Notes: generated by a model from the letters alone, not told the origin. A stretch of 64,000 bases of DNA from Candidatus Omnitrophota bacterium (GCA_028693815.1 JAQUUP010000008.1:5287-69286), one strand, 5' to 3'. Positions 9,917 to 19,177 are shown, counted from the first letter of the stretch. A program made the numbers and translations.

Positions 9917-11634
9917 TTTCGCCACTCAAGAAATTAAAAGAAATATTAATCGAGAAAAAGAGCATTGATCCTGTTATTTTTGATCAAGCAGAAGCTGTCG
10001 GTGAGTTTTTTGTTGATTATATTATCAAAAAGGGACTTGCATCAGAATCAGAAGTTGTTGATTTCTTTGTTGAGGGACTGGGAGCGATATCGGTTGATGT
10101 TTCTGACTTAAAAATCTTTCCTGATGTACTTAGTATTATTCCTAAGGCAATTGTTTTGAATTATCAAGTTATGCCAATAGCACGCATAGGGCATGTTCTT
10201 GTTTTGGCAATGGCTAACTCATCTGATATTGTTTCGATTGATAATATTAATGCTTTGACGGGTTTTAAAGTCCGCCCTGTTGAGTCGCAGCTTGAAGATA
10301 TTGAAAAGGCAATTGGGATTTATTATTCTGAAGATGCTAATATTGCTTTTGATCAAATTATAAAAGATATCTCTGACTCAGAGGAGCTCGAGCTTGTCAA
10401 AGATTCGTCAAAGATTACTGAAAAACAGCATGTTGAGAATTTAACCCAAGATGCGCCGACAATAAGGCTAACAGACGCTATTATTAAGCAAGCGATTACT
10501 GCTAAGGCAAGCGATATTTTTATCGAACCTTTAGAGAAAGCATTGCGTATCCGCTATCGTGTTGATGGCATCATCAGAGAAGTAGAGCGGATGTCTAAGA
10601 ATCTCCATTTTCCTGTTATTTCACGAATCAAGATTATGTCTAATCTTGATATTTCCGAGCATCGCCTTCCTCAGGATGGACGTTTTAAGATTATGACTGA
10701 TCGAAAGCAAGAAGTGGATTTTCGTGTGAGTGTATTGCCAGCTGCATTTGGTGAAAAAGTTGTTTTGCGTGTTTTAGACAAAAATGCAGCGATGTTGGAT
10801 ATTACAAAACTTGGACTTAAAGGACAGGCGCTTGAAACTCTCAAAGAGTGTTCGTTAAAACCTCATGGTATGATTTTAACCTGTGGGCCGACAGGAAGTG
10901 GAAAGACGACAACGCTTTATTCTATTTTAAAGTTTATTGATTCTCCAGAAAAAAATATTATTACAGTTGAAGATCCTGTTGAGTATCAGATGAAGGGGAT
11001 TAATCAGGTTAATATTAAACCTCAAGTCAACCTGACTTTTGCTTCAACCTTGAGATCGATTTTACGTCAAGATCCGGATGTTATCATGATTGGGGAGATT
11101 CGTGATTTTGAAACTTTAGACGTTGCTATTAAAGCAGCGTTGACTGGCCATTTAGTTTTAAGTTCGCTTCACACGACTACCGCGGCAGGGTCAATTGTGC
11201 GGATGATGAATATGGGTATTGAGCCATTTTTGATTTGTTCGTCTGTTTTGAGTGTTGTTGCCCAACGTTTGCTTCGAAAACTTTGTGATAAATGTAAAGA
11301 GCCTTATGATGTTCCGGATTGCGTCGCTGAGAAGATCGGACTAACTAAATTAAAATTTGATGAAAAGCCGACATTTTTTAAAGCTAAGGGATGTAAGCAT
11401 TGTTTTGAATTGGGATATCGAGGAAGAGTCGGAATTACGGAGATTATGGTTTTGACTCCAGCCGTTAAAAAATGTATTTTAGAACGATCTGGTGAGTACC
11501 GCATTAAAGAAGTTTCTCGTCAAGAAAATATGGTAACAATGAGAGAGGATGCTCTTGAAAAGGCTGCTGTAGGCCTAACATCAATTGAAGAGGTTTTGAG
11601 AGTAACAGCTTTAGATGAAGAGATGAAAGAATAA
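9913..11634 (+). CDS. pilB: Type IV pilus assembly (extension) ATPase, PilB/GspE family, copy 1
   Basis: N-terminal GSPII_E_N-like domain, Walker A GPTGSGKTTT, the Asp box, the His box (LSSLHT) and a C-terminal tetracysteine CDKC...CKHC. Confidence 0.9.
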   Translation: MISPLKKLKEILIEKKSIDPVIFDQAEAVGEFFVDYIIKKGLASESEVVDFFVEGLGAISVDVSDLKIFPDVLSIIPKAIVLNYQVMPIARIGHVLVLAMANSSDIVSIDNINALTGFKVRPVESQLEDIEKAIGIYYSEDANIAFDQIIKDISDSEELELVKDSSKITEKQHVENLTQDAPTIRLTDAIIKQAITAKASDIFIEPLEKALRIRYRVDGIIREVERMSKNLHFPVISRIKIMSNLDISEHRLPQDGRFKIMTDRKQEVDFRVSVLPAAFGEKVVLRVLDKNAAMLDITKLGLKGQALETLKECSLKPHGMILTCGPTGSGKTTTLYSILKFIDSPEKNIITVEDPVEYQMKGINQVNIKPQVNLTFASTLRSILRQDPDVIMIGEIRDFETLDVAIKAALTGHLVLSSLHTTTAAGSIVRMMNMGIEPFLICSSVLSVVAQRLLRKLCDKCKEPYDVPDCVAEKIGLTKLKFDEKPTFFKAKGCKHCFELGYRGRVGITEIMVLTPAVKKCILERSGEYRIKEVSRQENMVTMREDALEKAAVGLTSIEEVLRVTALDEEMKE

Positions 11635-13340
11635 TGGCGATAACGATTAAAGAAAAAGTTTTAGATGCTCTTGCTCACTCGCACGGGATTAGCCAAAAAG
11701 ATCTTAATGATGCCGTTGCCTTACAGCAAAAAAGAGGTGTTGGGCTTGATAAAATCTTAATTGAAAAAGGTCTTGTTTCCGAGCAGGATTTATTGGTTCT
11801 TCTTGTTAAAGAGTTTAAAATTCCAACTATTAATCTCTCTAAGTATAAAATTGATCCATCCCTTAAGGAAATAATTCCAGCGCGTATTGCACGTCAACAT
11901 CATTTGATTCCTATATCAAAAATTGGAAAAACAATTACAGTTGCCCTATCAGACCCATTTAATATTTTTGCGGTTGATGATTTAAAAACATTGACGAATA
12001 GAAATGTAGATGTGGTTATGAGCGAAGAGTCTAAGATTGCACAAGCCCTTGATAACTATTATGGTGCCCAGGATGTTGAAAGCGTGGCTGATGTTAGCAG
12101 AGATATAGATATTAAAGATTTTGAAGTGGTCAGCGAAAAAGAAGAAGATGGGTTGAAAGAAGTTAATCTTGAAGAAAGTGTGCGTGCTCCAATTGTGCGC
12201 ATGGTTGATTTGGTTATTCGTGAGGCGTTAAAAGAAAGGGCTTCTGATATTCACATTGAACCGAGTGAATCTACGGCTCGGGTTCGCTATCGTATTGATG
12301 GTGTTTTAAGGGAAGTTTTAAACATCCCAAAAGTAAATCAAAATGCTGTTATTGTGCGTATCAAGATTATGGCAGGTATTAACATTACAGAAACTCAGGT
12401 TCCTCAAGATGGCCGTTTTAAAATGCGGCTTTCATCTAAAGAAGTTGATTTTCGAGTATCGCTTCTTCCGACAACGTTTGGACAAAAGGTTGTTATTCGT
12501 ATTCTTGATAAAAGTAATTTGTCAGCTGGTTTAGATGGGCTTAGTTTTTCAGAAAAACCATTAATTAAATTAAAAGAGGCAATTGAAAAACCTTTCGGGA
12601 TGATTTTAGTTACCGGGCCAACGGGAAGTGGAAAATCAACGACTCTTTATTCGATTATTAATCAGCTTAATACGGTTGATAAAAATATTATTACAGTTGA
12701 AGATCCTGTTGAATATTTGGTTGACGGTCTTACTCAAATTCAGGCACGTCCAGATATTGGCCTTACTTTTGCTTCCGGCCTAAGATCAATTTTACGGCAA
12801 AGCCCGGATGTTGTTATGTTAGGCGAAATTCGTGATTCTGAAACAGCGGATATTGCTATCAAGGCATCTTTAACTGGTCAGCTTGTTTTGTCGACCTTAC
12901 ATACTAACGATGCAGCTGGTGCTTTGACACGACTCATTGATATGGGTGTAGAATCTTTTCTTGTATCTTCGAGTGTGATTGCTATTTGCGCGCAGCGATT
13001 ATGTCGAATGATTTGTCCGAAATGTCGAGAAGAAATTCAATTGCCGGAGAGTGTTTTAGAGGAAATTAAAAGCAAGATTAAGCCAGGAACAAAATTTTAT
13101 CATGGGAAGGGATGCGATTTTTGTCGGCAAACAGGATATCATGGCCGGATTGGCATTGTTGAGGTTTTGGAAGTTGACGAACATGTGCGAGAAATGTTGA
13201 TCAAGGGATCCAGCACCTCAGAGATTAAAGATTATGCAGTAAAAAATGGAATGACAACACTCTGGGACGATATGGTCGAGAAGTTCCTTTCTGGAGTTAC
13301 GACGATTGAAGAAGTTTTTAGAGTTGCAAGTTCGGAATAA
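11634..13340 (+). CDS. Second PilB/GspE-family ATPase, MshE-like with MshEN-type N-terminus
   Basis: Walker A GPTGSGKSTT and tetracysteine CPKC...CDFC. The N-terminus carries two MshEN-like 24-mers separated by a 5-aa spacer (KRGVG), the second being LDKILIEKGLVSEQDLLVLLVKE. The start codon overlaps the pilB stop (ATAATGG). Confidence 0.85.
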   Translation: MAITIKEKVLDALAHSHGISQKDLNDAVALQQKRGVGLDKILIEKGLVSEQDLLVLLVKEFKIPTINLSKYKIDPSLKEIIPARIARQHHLIPISKIGKTITVALSDPFNIFAVDDLKTLTNRNVDVVMSEESKIAQALDNYYGAQDVESVADVSRDIDIKDFEVVSEKEEDGLKEVNLEESVRAPIVRMVDLVIREALKERASDIHIEPSESTARVRYRIDGVLREVLNIPKVNQNAVIVRIKIMAGINITETQVPQDGRFKMRLSSKEVDFRVSLLPTTFGQKVVIRILDKSNLSAGLDGLSFSEKPLIKLKEAIEKPFGMILVTGPTGSGKSTTLYSIINQLNTVDKNIITVEDPVEYLVDGLTQIQARPDIGLTFASGLRSILRQSPDVVMLGEIRDSETADIAIKASLTGQLVLSTLHTNDAAGALTRLIDMGVESFLVSSSVIAICAQRLCRMICPKCREEIQLPESVLEEIKSKIKPGTKFYHGKGCDFCRQTGYHGRIGIVEVLEVDEHVREMLIKGSSTSEIKDYAVKNGMTTLWDDMVEKFLSGVTTIEEVFRVASSE

Positions 13341-13396
13341 ACGTATGGAAGAGCATTGTTTTGCTAACATAAGGGTTTTAAAATAGGAGCTTAATT

Positions 13397-14605
13397 ATGC
13401 CAAATTATAAATACATTGCAAAGGATGAAAGTGCTGCGACAATTAGCGGTAAGGTTGTTGCTGAGGACGAAGATGCTGTTATTAAAGAATTACGTAAGCG
13501 TAATTTAATTATTGTTTCGATTGAAGAAACAAAAAGTTTAGATGTACGAAATATTTCTTTTGGAGGCAATAAGGTTAATCCAGATGATTTGGTTGTTTTT
13601 ACGCGCCAGCTTGCAACAATGATTGAGGCAGGCATTCCTATTCTACAAAGTCTAGAAGCTTTAGGAGAGCAGGTAACGGATCGATATTTTAAAGAGGTTA
13701 TTGCAACCGTTAGAGAAGATGTTTCGGTGGGCAATAGTTTGTCGGTTGCGTTTGCAAAGCATCCCAGGGTTTTTGATACTCTCTTCGTAAGTATGGTCAA
13801 AGCTGGTGAAACAGGAGGTGCTTTAAATGAGCTCTTGGATCGTGTTGCTGGATATATGGAAAAAACGCTTAAATTAAAACGAAAAGTTAAATCAGCAATG
13901 GTATATCCGATTGTTGTTATTTCTATGGCGATTGTTATTACTTTAGTTTTATTAATTAAAGTTGTTCCAACATTTAAAGAAATTTATGATTCTTTAGGGC
14001 AAGAATTGCCTGCGATGACGCAGATACTTATCAGTGTAAGTGAAAATTTGAGGTCAAGTTTTCTTTTGCTCATTTTTGGTTTTATCGGAATTTTTATTTT
14101 CTTTATTAATTATAAGAAAACAAAAAACGGAAGTCTTCAGATTGATCGTGTTAGTCTCAAGCTTCCGATTTTTGGTCCTCTTATTCAGAAAGTTGCCATT
14201 AGTCGTTTTAGCCGAACACTTGCAACATTAATACAGAGTGGCGTTCCTATTCTTACATCATTAGAGATTGTTGGAAAAAGCTCTGGTAATCGTGTTATTG
14301 AAATAGTTTCAACTGATGCCTGCACTCACATTCGAGATGGCGAAAGTATTTCAGAACCATTGGCAAAAAGTAAAGTTTTTCCGCAGATGGTTATTCGCAT
14401 GATTTCTGTTGGAGAGAAAACAGGAAAAATGGAAACAATGCTAACAAAGATTGCTGAGTTTTATGAAGATCAGGTTGATGCTGCTGTCTCTGGGTTAACA
14501 AGTATGATTGAGCCTCTTATTATTGGATTTTTAGGTGTTGTAGTCGGATTTATTGTCATTGCGTTGTTTTTACCGATTATTAATTTAACAACAATAATTC
14601 ATTAA
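13397..14605 (+). CDS. pilC: Type IV pilus inner-membrane platform protein PilC/GspF
   Basis: Two GspF repeats with three TM helices, about 400 aa, directly after the ATPases. Confidence 0.9.
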   Translation: MPNYKYIAKDESAATISGKVVAEDEDAVIKELRKRNLIIVSIEETKSLDVRNISFGGNKVNPDDLVVFTRQLATMIEAGIPILQSLEALGEQVTDRYFKEVIATVREDVSVGNSLSVAFAKHPRVFDTLFVSMVKAGETGGALNELLDRVAGYMEKTLKLKRKVKSAMVYPIVVISMAIVITLVLLIKVVPTFKEIYDSLGQELPAMTQILISVSENLRSSFLLLIFGFIGIFIFFINYKKTKNGSLQIDRVSLKLPIFGPLIQKVAISRFSRTLATLIQSGVPILTSLEIVGKSSGNRVIEIVSTDACTHIRDGESISEPLAKSKVFPQMVIRMISVGEKTGKMETMLTKIAEFYEDQVDAAVSGLTSMIEPLIIGFLGVVVGFIVIALFLPIINLTTIIH

Positions 14606-14610
14606 AATTT

Positions 14611-15648
14611 ATGAAAAAGAAATTATTTATATTTATTTTAGTGTTTGTTATAGGGTTTTTGTTTCGTGCTAGCACTGTATTTTCGCAAAATCAGACATCT
14701 GTTTCTAGCCTTGCTGATTATTGGGCTCAAAGTGTTTCTGAGCTTAAAGTTAGCATGGATAAACTTTCCGAGCAGAACGATTCGGTTTTGTTGGAAAATA
14801 AGCAGTTGGCCGAAGATTTAAAATATTTGCTAGAACAAGTGAAAAAAACAAATGAGCAAATAGAGAATCTTAGCGTTAAGGATACGGTTACATTGCAGAC
14901 AATGGAGAACGATCAAGCTGAAGTTTTTCGTCTTGAAAAAGTCTTAAGCGAGTTGATTAAAAGAAAAACAGATTTTGAACAAAAAGCAAACAAGCTTGGA
15001 GATGATATTGAAAAAAAAGAGAAGCAAAATGAGCAAATGGGAATAAAAATAAATCAGCTTAAGGAGGACATTCGTTCCTTAGAAGAAGAGCGTAAATTTG
15101 GAAAAAAAGAATATCAGCAAGTCTCTAGCGATTATGTGACTCAAAAGGCTCGGCTTGCACAGCTTATCGAAACGAGTCAGGAAGATTGCAAAGTTTGGAA
15201 AAAAAAGATTGAAAGTCTTAATGAAGAAATTTTGTCTTTTCGTGAGCGATTTCAAAAACTTAATAATGAAAATAAAAAAATTTATTCAGAAATGTCTAAT
15301 ATTTATGAAGATATTCTTGTTTTGCTATCTAAACAGGATTCTTTAAAAAATGAGCATGTTGTTGCTTTGGATCAGTATCAAAAAGAGTCGGGTATCTTTT
15401 TAAGTAAAATTGCTCAATTGGAAGGTCAAAAACAAGAGCTCCAAAATAGCCTTGCTGCGATAGAGGATAGGAATCGAAGCTTAAAGCAGCATATTGGCAC
15501 AGAAAAAATAGAAATACTTCGATCCGAAGCTTTAAAACTTGAAGAAGAAAATAAAGATTTGCAAATTGAGCTTAAAAAGCTTAAAAAAAATCTATCTAAA
15601 TCTCAAAAGCAAACGCAACAAATTGAAAGTCTTATAAAAAGTTACTAA
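14611..15648 (+). CDS. Hypothetical secreted long coiled-coil protein embedded in the pilus locus
   Basis: N-terminal signal peptide (MKKKLFIFILVFVIGFLFRASTVFSQ), then about 300 aa of uninterrupted heptad-like K/E/L/Q-rich sequence. No recognisable catalytic motif. Confidence 0.5.
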   Translation: MKKKLFIFILVFVIGFLFRASTVFSQNQTSVSSLADYWAQSVSELKVSMDKLSEQNDSVLLENKQLAEDLKYLLEQVKKTNEQIENLSVKDTVTLQTMENDQAEVFRLEKVLSELIKRKTDFEQKANKLGDDIEKKEKQNEQMGIKINQLKEDIRSLEEERKFGKKEYQQVSSDYVTQKARLAQLIETSQEDCKVWKKKIESLNEEILSFRERFQKLNNENKKIYSEMSNIYEDILVLLSKQDSLKNEHVVALDQYQKESGIFLSKIAQLEGQKQELQNSLAAIEDRNRSLKQHIGTEKIEILRSEALKLEEENKDLQIELKKLKKNLSKSQKQTQQIESLIKSY

Positions 15649-15732
15649 TATTTTGCTTTTCCTTATTTGGCAAAGTTTATTTTTGCGTGATATACTTGTA
15701 TCAGGTAAAAGATAAAGTTTTTTGAAAACGAT

Positions 15733-15761
15733 TTGACAAAGAAGGGAGGCGAGGATAAGAT
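15733..15761 (+). promoter_or_regulatory. Candidate sigma70 promoter for pilA (TTGACA - 17 nt - TAAGAT)
   Basis: TTGACA at 15733-15738, a 17-nt spacer, then TAAGAT, the same -10 hexamer as the mreB promoter. It lies about 140 nt upstream of the pilA ATG. Confidence 0.35.
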
Positions 15762-15844
15762 AATACAAAGGATTTGAGCTGTTGAATGAAATTATCCTGA
15801 AAAGAAAAGCTTTAAAATGTCATCATATGTTTTGTTTTTTCTTT

Positions 15845-15892
15845 CTTTCAGGAGGTTTTTCAGAAATAGCTTATTCTGAGTCCTGAAAGGAG
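15845..15892 (+). promoter_or_regulatory. 5'-UTR hairpin upstream of pilA with two Shine-Dalgarno-like copies
   Basis: CTTTCAGGA (15845-15853) and TCCTGAAAG (15881-15889) form a 9-bp inverted repeat around a 27-nt loop. Both arms abut AGGAGG-like sequences (CAGGAGG and AAGGAGG), and the second is the functional RBS 9 nt before the ATG. Confidence 0.35.
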
Positions 15893-15901
15893 GTCAGAAC
15901 A

Positions 15902-16291
15902 ATGAATAGAAAAGGTTTTACACTCGTTGAAATTATGATCGTTGTTGCGATCATTGCTTTATTAGCTGCTATTGCTATCCCTAATTTGCTTAGGGCAAGA
16001 ATTTCAGCTAATGATGCGCTTGCACAAAGCACGCTTCGCACAATCTCTACAGCGGCAGAAACATTTGGAACTGCTAACTCTGGAAGTTATCCCGGAGCGA
16101 TTGCATCGTTAACAACAGCAACTCCACCGTATCTAAATTCAGCATACTGTTCTTCAACAGTATCTGGATATGTATATGCTTGTACATTTGCTAATACTGG
16201 ATATACATTAACAGCAACTCCTGTTACAAGAGGTACAACTGGATCATCAACTTTTACGATGACTTCAGGTGGTGTTTTGTCAGCAGAATAA
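15902..16291 (+). CDS. pilA: Type IVa major pilin (class III signal peptide, N-methyl-Phe)
   Basis: Prepilin leader MNRKG followed by FTLVEIMIVVAIIALLAAIAIPNL. The C-terminal region has a Cys pair (AYC...YAC, the disulfide D-region) and a Ser/Thr-rich beta-domain. Confidence 0.92.
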   Translation: MNRKGFTLVEIMIVVAIIALLAAIAIPNLLRARISANDALAQSTLRTISTAAETFGTANSGSYPGAIASLTTATPPYLNSAYCSSTVSGYVYACTFANTGYTLTATPVTRGTTGSSTFTMTSGGVLSAE

Positions 16292-16315
16292 TTTTACTGC
16301 TAAATAAGTATGTTG

Positions 16316-16353
16316 ATAAGCGAGAGGTTTTAAGCCTCTCGCTTATTTTTTTG
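16316..16353 (+). terminator. Rho-independent terminator after pilA
   Basis: Perfect 12-bp stem ATAAGCGAGAGG / CCTCTCGCTTAT with a 7-nt loop, followed by TTTTTTT. Confidence 0.8.
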
Positions 16354-16548
16354 GTTTTAGTTCTAAAAAAATAAATTATACGAATTCTTACAAGAAAAAG
16401 CTCTGTGTTTAGAGGTTTAAAAAAGATGATAAAATTCTTTACATACAGAAAAAGAAGTTTATTATAGAGAAAACAATATTTCTAATATATAATATATATA
16501 CTATATATATTAGTTAATTCATAACGCAACTATATGTAACGATTATTT

Positions 16549-17640
16549 ATGTTTACTCAGATATCAAAATTCTTAGAGAAATATTTTTTATTTATCCGAA
16601 GTCGCATTCCAAAGCAGCCTGAAGAGTCATGTGTTGGTTTGGACATTGGCGCAAGGTCTTGCAAGGCAGTGGAAATGATTTTATCAAGTTCAGGGGTTTT
16701 TAAAATTGTTAATTGGGCCGTTGAGCCTGTTGATGGCGAAGACGTGGAGAGCTCAATTCGGAAGATTTTAAGTCGATTTGGATTTTCTTCAAAAAATATT
16801 TTTACAGGGCTGTCTGGTCAAGGGATACTAATTCGATTTATCAAAATGCCGCGTATGCCATTAAAGCAATTGCGTCAGTCACTCTCCCTTGAGACAGATA
16901 AATACTTTCCTTTTTCGAAAGACCAAATTTTCATGGATTGTCACATTGTTGAAGATAACAAAGGTAAAGATAGTAAAGTCTTGGTCTTAGTTGCTGTTGC
17001 TAAAAATGAGATTGTGAAGAAGCGCATAGATTTTATTACTTCTTTAGGATTTCAATCTAATTGTATCGGGCTAAATGCAGTTGCTCTTTCAAATGCTTTT
17101 ATTAAACTTCAAAAGAATAAAAAAGATGGGCAGAGTAGTCAAGATCCATCATTAAGCACAGTTGCAGTTTTGGATATCGGGGAGATTAAAAGCAGTCTTG
17201 TTATTTTAGACAAGAATACGCCAAAATTTACCAGAGATATTTCTGTTGGGGGTAAAGATTTTACGCAGAAGATTGTAAATGTATTTGGCGTAGATCTTGT
17301 TCAGGCTGAAGCAATAAGGCAAAATCCTGGCGTTAAATCAGATGAAATGCTTTCAGCATGTCAGTCAACATTGTCGAGTTTAGTTTCAGAAATCAGACTT
17401 TCGTTTGATTATTTTACTTCGGAGAATAGCCTAGAGGTAACAAGGCTTTATTTGACAGGAGATTCTTCTTATTTGCCAAAAATTGAGGATTTCTTTATGA
17501 AAGAATTAGGTATTCCAGCTGAGCGATGGAATCCTGTTGATGCGTTAGATTTTTCGGACAAGGTTTCTCGCGAAAGCTTTAGCGAGAACATTCATCAATT
17601 ACCTGTTGCATTAGGGCTTTCACTTTGTGATGATGATTAA
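16549..17640 (+). CDS. pilM: Type IV pilus assembly protein PilM (actin-like ATPase fold)
   Basis: GLDIGARSCKAVEM phosphate-1 motif at the N-terminus, about 360 aa, followed by pilNOPQ. Confidence 0.88.
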   Translation: MFTQISKFLEKYFLFIRSRIPKQPEESCVGLDIGARSCKAVEMILSSSGVFKIVNWAVEPVDGEDVESSIRKILSRFGFSSKNIFTGLSGQGILIRFIKMPRMPLKQLRQSLSLETDKYFPFSKDQIFMDCHIVEDNKGKDSKVLVLVAVAKNEIVKKRIDFITSLGFQSNCIGLNAVALSNAFIKLQKNKKDGQSSQDPSLSTVAVLDIGEIKSSLVILDKNTPKFTRDISVGGKDFTQKIVNVFGVDLVQAEAIRQNPGVKSDEMLSACQSTLSSLVSEIRLSFDYFTSENSLEVTRLYLTGDSSYLPKIEDFFMKELGIPAERWNPVDALDFSDKVSRESFSENIHQLPVALGLSLCDDD

Positions 17641-18235
17641 AATTAATTTAATTCCAGAAGAGTTACAAAAAAAGAAAAAGGGTCAAATTTTTAAAAAGAT
17701 TTTGAAGGTTATTCCTTTGGAAACTTTAGTTGGAACCGCTGCGGGAGTTTTGATTCTTTTGATAGGGGTTCATGTTTTGTTACAGATTTCTATTTTCTTG
17801 AAGCTTGCAAGCTATGGGCAGCATAAAGCACATTGGACGTCGATTGCACCTGAAAAAGGGAGCGTTGATAAAGTTTTAGAAAATCTTCAAATTTTAAAAA
17901 AAAGAATTGATGTTGTGGAAAAAATTACAGTTGAAAAAAGAATTTTTTGGGCTGAGAAACTAAATGCGATTAGTGATGCTGTTCCCCAGGGCGTTTGGCT
18001 TGATAAGATATCGTTAAGTAAAAATATATTTCTTATTAAAGGAAGCGCTGTATCTAAAAAAAATGATGAGATGACAAGTGTCGGAAATTTTAGCTCTAGC
18101 TTGAAGGAGCGAGAAGAATTTATGTTTGGCTTGCAGGACATAGAAGTTGGTTCGATTCAAAGGAGAGATATTCATTCAACCCAAATTGCTGATTTTGTTA
18201 TTACATTGAGGCTCGATGAAAAATTTGATAAATAA
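17627..18235 (+). CDS. pilN: Type IV pilus assembly protein PilN
   Basis: Starts MMMIKINLIPEEL (the INLLP motif), with a single TM segment and a periplasmic coiled-coil. It overlaps pilM by 14 nt. Confidence 0.85.
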   Translation: MMMIKINLIPEELQKKKKGQIFKKILKVIPLETLVGTAAGVLILLIGVHVLLQISIFLKLASYGQHKAHWTSIAPEKGSVDKVLENLQILKKRIDVVEKITVEKRIFWAEKLNAISDAVPQGVWLDKISLSKNIFLIKGSAVSKKNDEMTSVGNFSSSLKEREEFMFGLQDIEVGSIQRRDIHSTQIADFVITLRLDEKFDK

Positions 18236-18812
18236 AATACCTTTTGAAATTCCAGAAATGGCAGAGAAGATGAAATATTATCTTCTTGCTGGGCTTGTTG
18301 TTTTTATTTTATTTTTTGATTATGTTTTGTTTATGCGTTTTCAGATCAACGCCCTTAAATCGATTAGTCCAAAAAATATTGAGTTATCAGAGAATTTGAA
18401 AGAGCTAAAGCGTAATCTTGAAAATATGCCGCATTATCAAAAAGAAGTTTCTCGGCTTAGAGAAAAGCTTGTCAGAGTTGACGCAAGTGTTTTGTCTCGA
18501 GAAGAAATTCCTATGATGCTTGAGAAGATTTCTCGTCTTGCTATAGCAGCAGGTGTTCAAATTGACCAGATTATGCCGTTAAAAGATTCTCAAGAACTTG
18601 TTTTAGAGCGTGAGGGGGCAAAATATTTTGCGCTTCCAATTTATGTTAAAGGACAGGGTGGTTATCATGCGATTGGGGAATTATTTAGTCGCATCGAAGG
18701 AGATCAAATTTTTATGAATATTGAAGATTTTGATATTATGCAAAATAGCGCTCATTTAAGAAACCATATTTTTAAGATTGCTATTACAATTTTTATTGTG
18801 GAAAAAGATTAA
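18216..18812 (+). CDS. pilO: Type IV pilus assembly protein PilO
   Basis: Single TM segment, a coiled-coil and a PilO-like C-terminal domain, at the conserved position. Confidence 0.8.
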   Translation: MKNLINKIPFEIPEMAEKMKYYLLAGLVVFILFFDYVLFMRFQINALKSISPKNIELSENLKELKRNLENMPHYQKEVSRLREKLVRVDASVLSREEIPMMLEKISRLAIAAGVQIDQIMPLKDSQELVLEREGAKYFALPIYVKGQGGYHAIGELFSRIEGDQIFMNIEDFDIMQNSAHLRNHIFKIAITIFIVEKD

Positions 18813-18825
18813 TAAAAAGGTGGCT

Positions 18826-19176
18826 ATGCGATATTTTTTGTTAATGTTCTTTATTTTTGTCTCTTCCGGAGCATTGTTTGCTGAGGAGAGAGAACCATTT
18901 GTTTACAATGCTCAAGGTAAGCGGGATCCTTTTTGGCCTTTGGTGAGTCCGAGTGGGGCGATTATTACTTATGATAAGAATCTTGATTATGGAGACTTGA
19001 GTCTCGAAGGAATTGTTTACGACCCTAATGGAAAGAGCTTGGCTATTATCAACGGAAAAGTTTTCAATGTTGGAAATCAGGTTGTTGGATATATGTTATC
19101 TAAGGTAGAAGAAAATAGGGTTATTTTGATCAAAGATAATAAAGAATTTGTTTTAGAAATAAGAAAGGGGAGATAA
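18826..19176 (+). CDS. pilP: Type IV pilus assembly lipoprotein-like PilP
   Basis: Signal peptide MRYFLLMFFIFVSSGALFA and the conserved RDPF motif (GKRDPFWP). The start is set at the internal ATG preceded by AAAAAGGTGG. Confidence 0.8.
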   Translation: MRYFLLMFFIFVSSGALFAEEREPFVYNAQGKRDPFWPLVSPSGAIITYDKNLDYGDLSLEGIVYDPNGKSLAIINGKVFNVGNQVVGYMLSKVEENRVILIKDNKEFVLEIRKGR

Positions 19177-19177
19177 A

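Noticed and set aside
15666-15686. Sigma54-like element TGGCAAAGTTTATTTTTGCG upstream of pilA. Pilin genes are often RpoN-dependent.
   Set aside because: The GG-GC spacing is 16 nt rather than the required 10 nt between the dinucleotides, so it is not a -24/-12 promoter. A sigma70-like TTGACA-N17-TAAGAT is present instead.
15787-15880. Short upstream ORFs in the pilA leader (e.g. atgtcatcatatg... encoding ~20 aa).
   Set aside because: They have no RBS or conservation argument, and the region is better explained as promoter plus structured 5' UTR.
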